NCBI GenBank assembly: GCA_030704615.1
Contig: CM060733.1
Location: 53,754,001 to 53,818,000, forward strand
Source of the DNA: Takakia lepidozioides
Taxonomy: Eukaryota; Plantae; Bryophyta
DNA: 64,000 nucleotides
Direction: 5' to 3'
The notes beneath the pieces are model-generated. The model ran no database searches. It was not told where the DNA came from and saw only the letters and a program-made list of their open reading frames with translations. A program made the translations under genes and the position numbers. Position 1 is the stretch's first letter, and each line of letters begins with the position of its first letter. This document shows positions 62,793-64,000 of this stretch, in pieces.

Positions 62793-63531
62793 TCAGGTCG
62801 CTTTAGTCGGTTTGTGAGAGGGGTCGGGCCCTACATCATGAGATCCAACATTGATGTAGGGCCCCCTCATTACTGCTTGAGGAGAGAGCGGCTTGCTGGA
62901 GTCGATTATGGGCTTTGTTCTCATTGAACTGCATTCCACCATCCACTGCCATTTAGTTCCACTCTCACTTCCGAAAGTCATCCACAGTGGGTGCGGTTCT
63001 GTACCCACGTGGTGATGGCGAGCGAAGCCCCATTTTAGTGCACTGCTCTCAGACGCAAAAGGGCGAGATTTTTGTGAATCATGAACTCGGCACAAGCCTG
63101 AAAGTCAAGCTCAAGACTCTCGTTCTCACTCCCACTCTCTGGTTCGTCACAGGGCGATGGAATCACATACATCATATCTTCCTAGCCTACCCTAGACACA
63201 CCCCAATGTGACTGGTTGTGCAACCATAGCCACCTCCGTCACATCTGTTCAAGCACAGAGCAACAGAAGTAGTGCCGGGTACGAACACCGACAACATCAC
63301 GAAGACAATAGAATCCCACTCCAAATATCCTTTCAATTTGTTAGAATTTCCTAAGCTATCACCTTGCACCCACCGAAAAAACAAGCTCTAATTGACAAAA
63401 CAAGATGCCAGGTTTTCGGCATAGAAAAGCCCAGTAGAGACGACTTACGTGAGAATGAACGGGAACGAAAGGCCTGCCGCAGCGAAGGCCACCAATCCTG
63501 CTGCCATCATTCCATTCCGAGAGAGTGGCAT
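62793..63531 (-). CDS. Conserved small protein (72 aa) with one hydrophobic segment, function unknown
   Basis: Exon 63531-63449 (donor AC|GTAAG) plus exon 62928-62793 (acceptor tgcag|T) give MPLSRNGMMAAGLVAFAAAGLSFPFILTSMRTKPIIDSSKPLSPQAVMRGPYINVGSHDVGPDPSHKPTKAT*. I recognise this as resembling a widespread small plant protein family with a KPLxPQAxxRGPYxNxGSxDxGPD motif. Confidence 0.82.
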
Positions 63532-64000
63532 TGACCCTCTGCGTGGAGAAGGATGAAGAACAAAAACCAAAACGGAGAAGAAATTTTACTGTGACACGAG
63601 AGGCCGAGAGGGAGATCAGCCGAACACGATACTCCAATAGCGTTTCACAGTCTGTTGGAAAACAACAAAAGAATCCGCGACAATATGAGGTCTCCTATCA
63701 ACTCTGAATTAAAGAAGGACTCAGAGAAGGAACCAGACAACGCACATCTAAGGCGCGGCATGCTCGTGACCGCGGTTGCCTCTGCCAACCGTTCGATCCC
63801 CAGAATATTCGAGTAAGGCCGTCCGTTCCCCTACGGATTTGTCAAGCCAAGAAAAACAGAGCACCAAGATTTGACACCGCGAACAGTTACATCCCAAGCT
63901 CCTTCACCAAACCGAGCCAAAATCGTGTTCTGCAAACTGGAGCACGGATTTGGGACAGGAGATTAGTGGGTGGGTTGAATACATTGGTGGGTTCTTTGAA

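Overview
Eukaryotic nuclear DNA from a land plant; the style of the PPR genes and the transposon mix suggest a non-seed plant (bryophyte, lycophyte or fern), which is inference. Apparently intact genes: the 3' seven exons of an At3g58050/At2g41960-type protein (+, 459-7174), a six-exon HIR/SPFH gene with a GC-AG intron (-), a multi-exon laccase (+, start uncertain), an intronless PLS-PPR-E-DYW editing factor (-), and a 72-aa two-exon protein the ORF track misses (-, 63531-62793). The first exon of that small gene could splice in frame onto the PPR-DYW ORF. The rest is dense in mobile elements and gene debris. Mobile elements: two hAT elements with 8-bp GTnnnn(A/G)C target duplications, a 6.6-kb long-TIR Mutator-like element with unknown cargo genes and a displaced, inverted 9-bp target duplication, a TTAA-flanked piggyBac-like MITE, two tRNA-derived SINEs, an RLE-type LINE 3' end, an AP-endonuclease fragment, a Sola1-like transposase, a solo LTR and a CACTA end. 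Other features: a telomere-motif-rich ~643-bp tandem array and pseudogene fragments (ADP/ATP carrier, LYR protein, and a chimera of OSB PDF motifs and PPR repeats). All exon and family calls were made by eye, without database searches.
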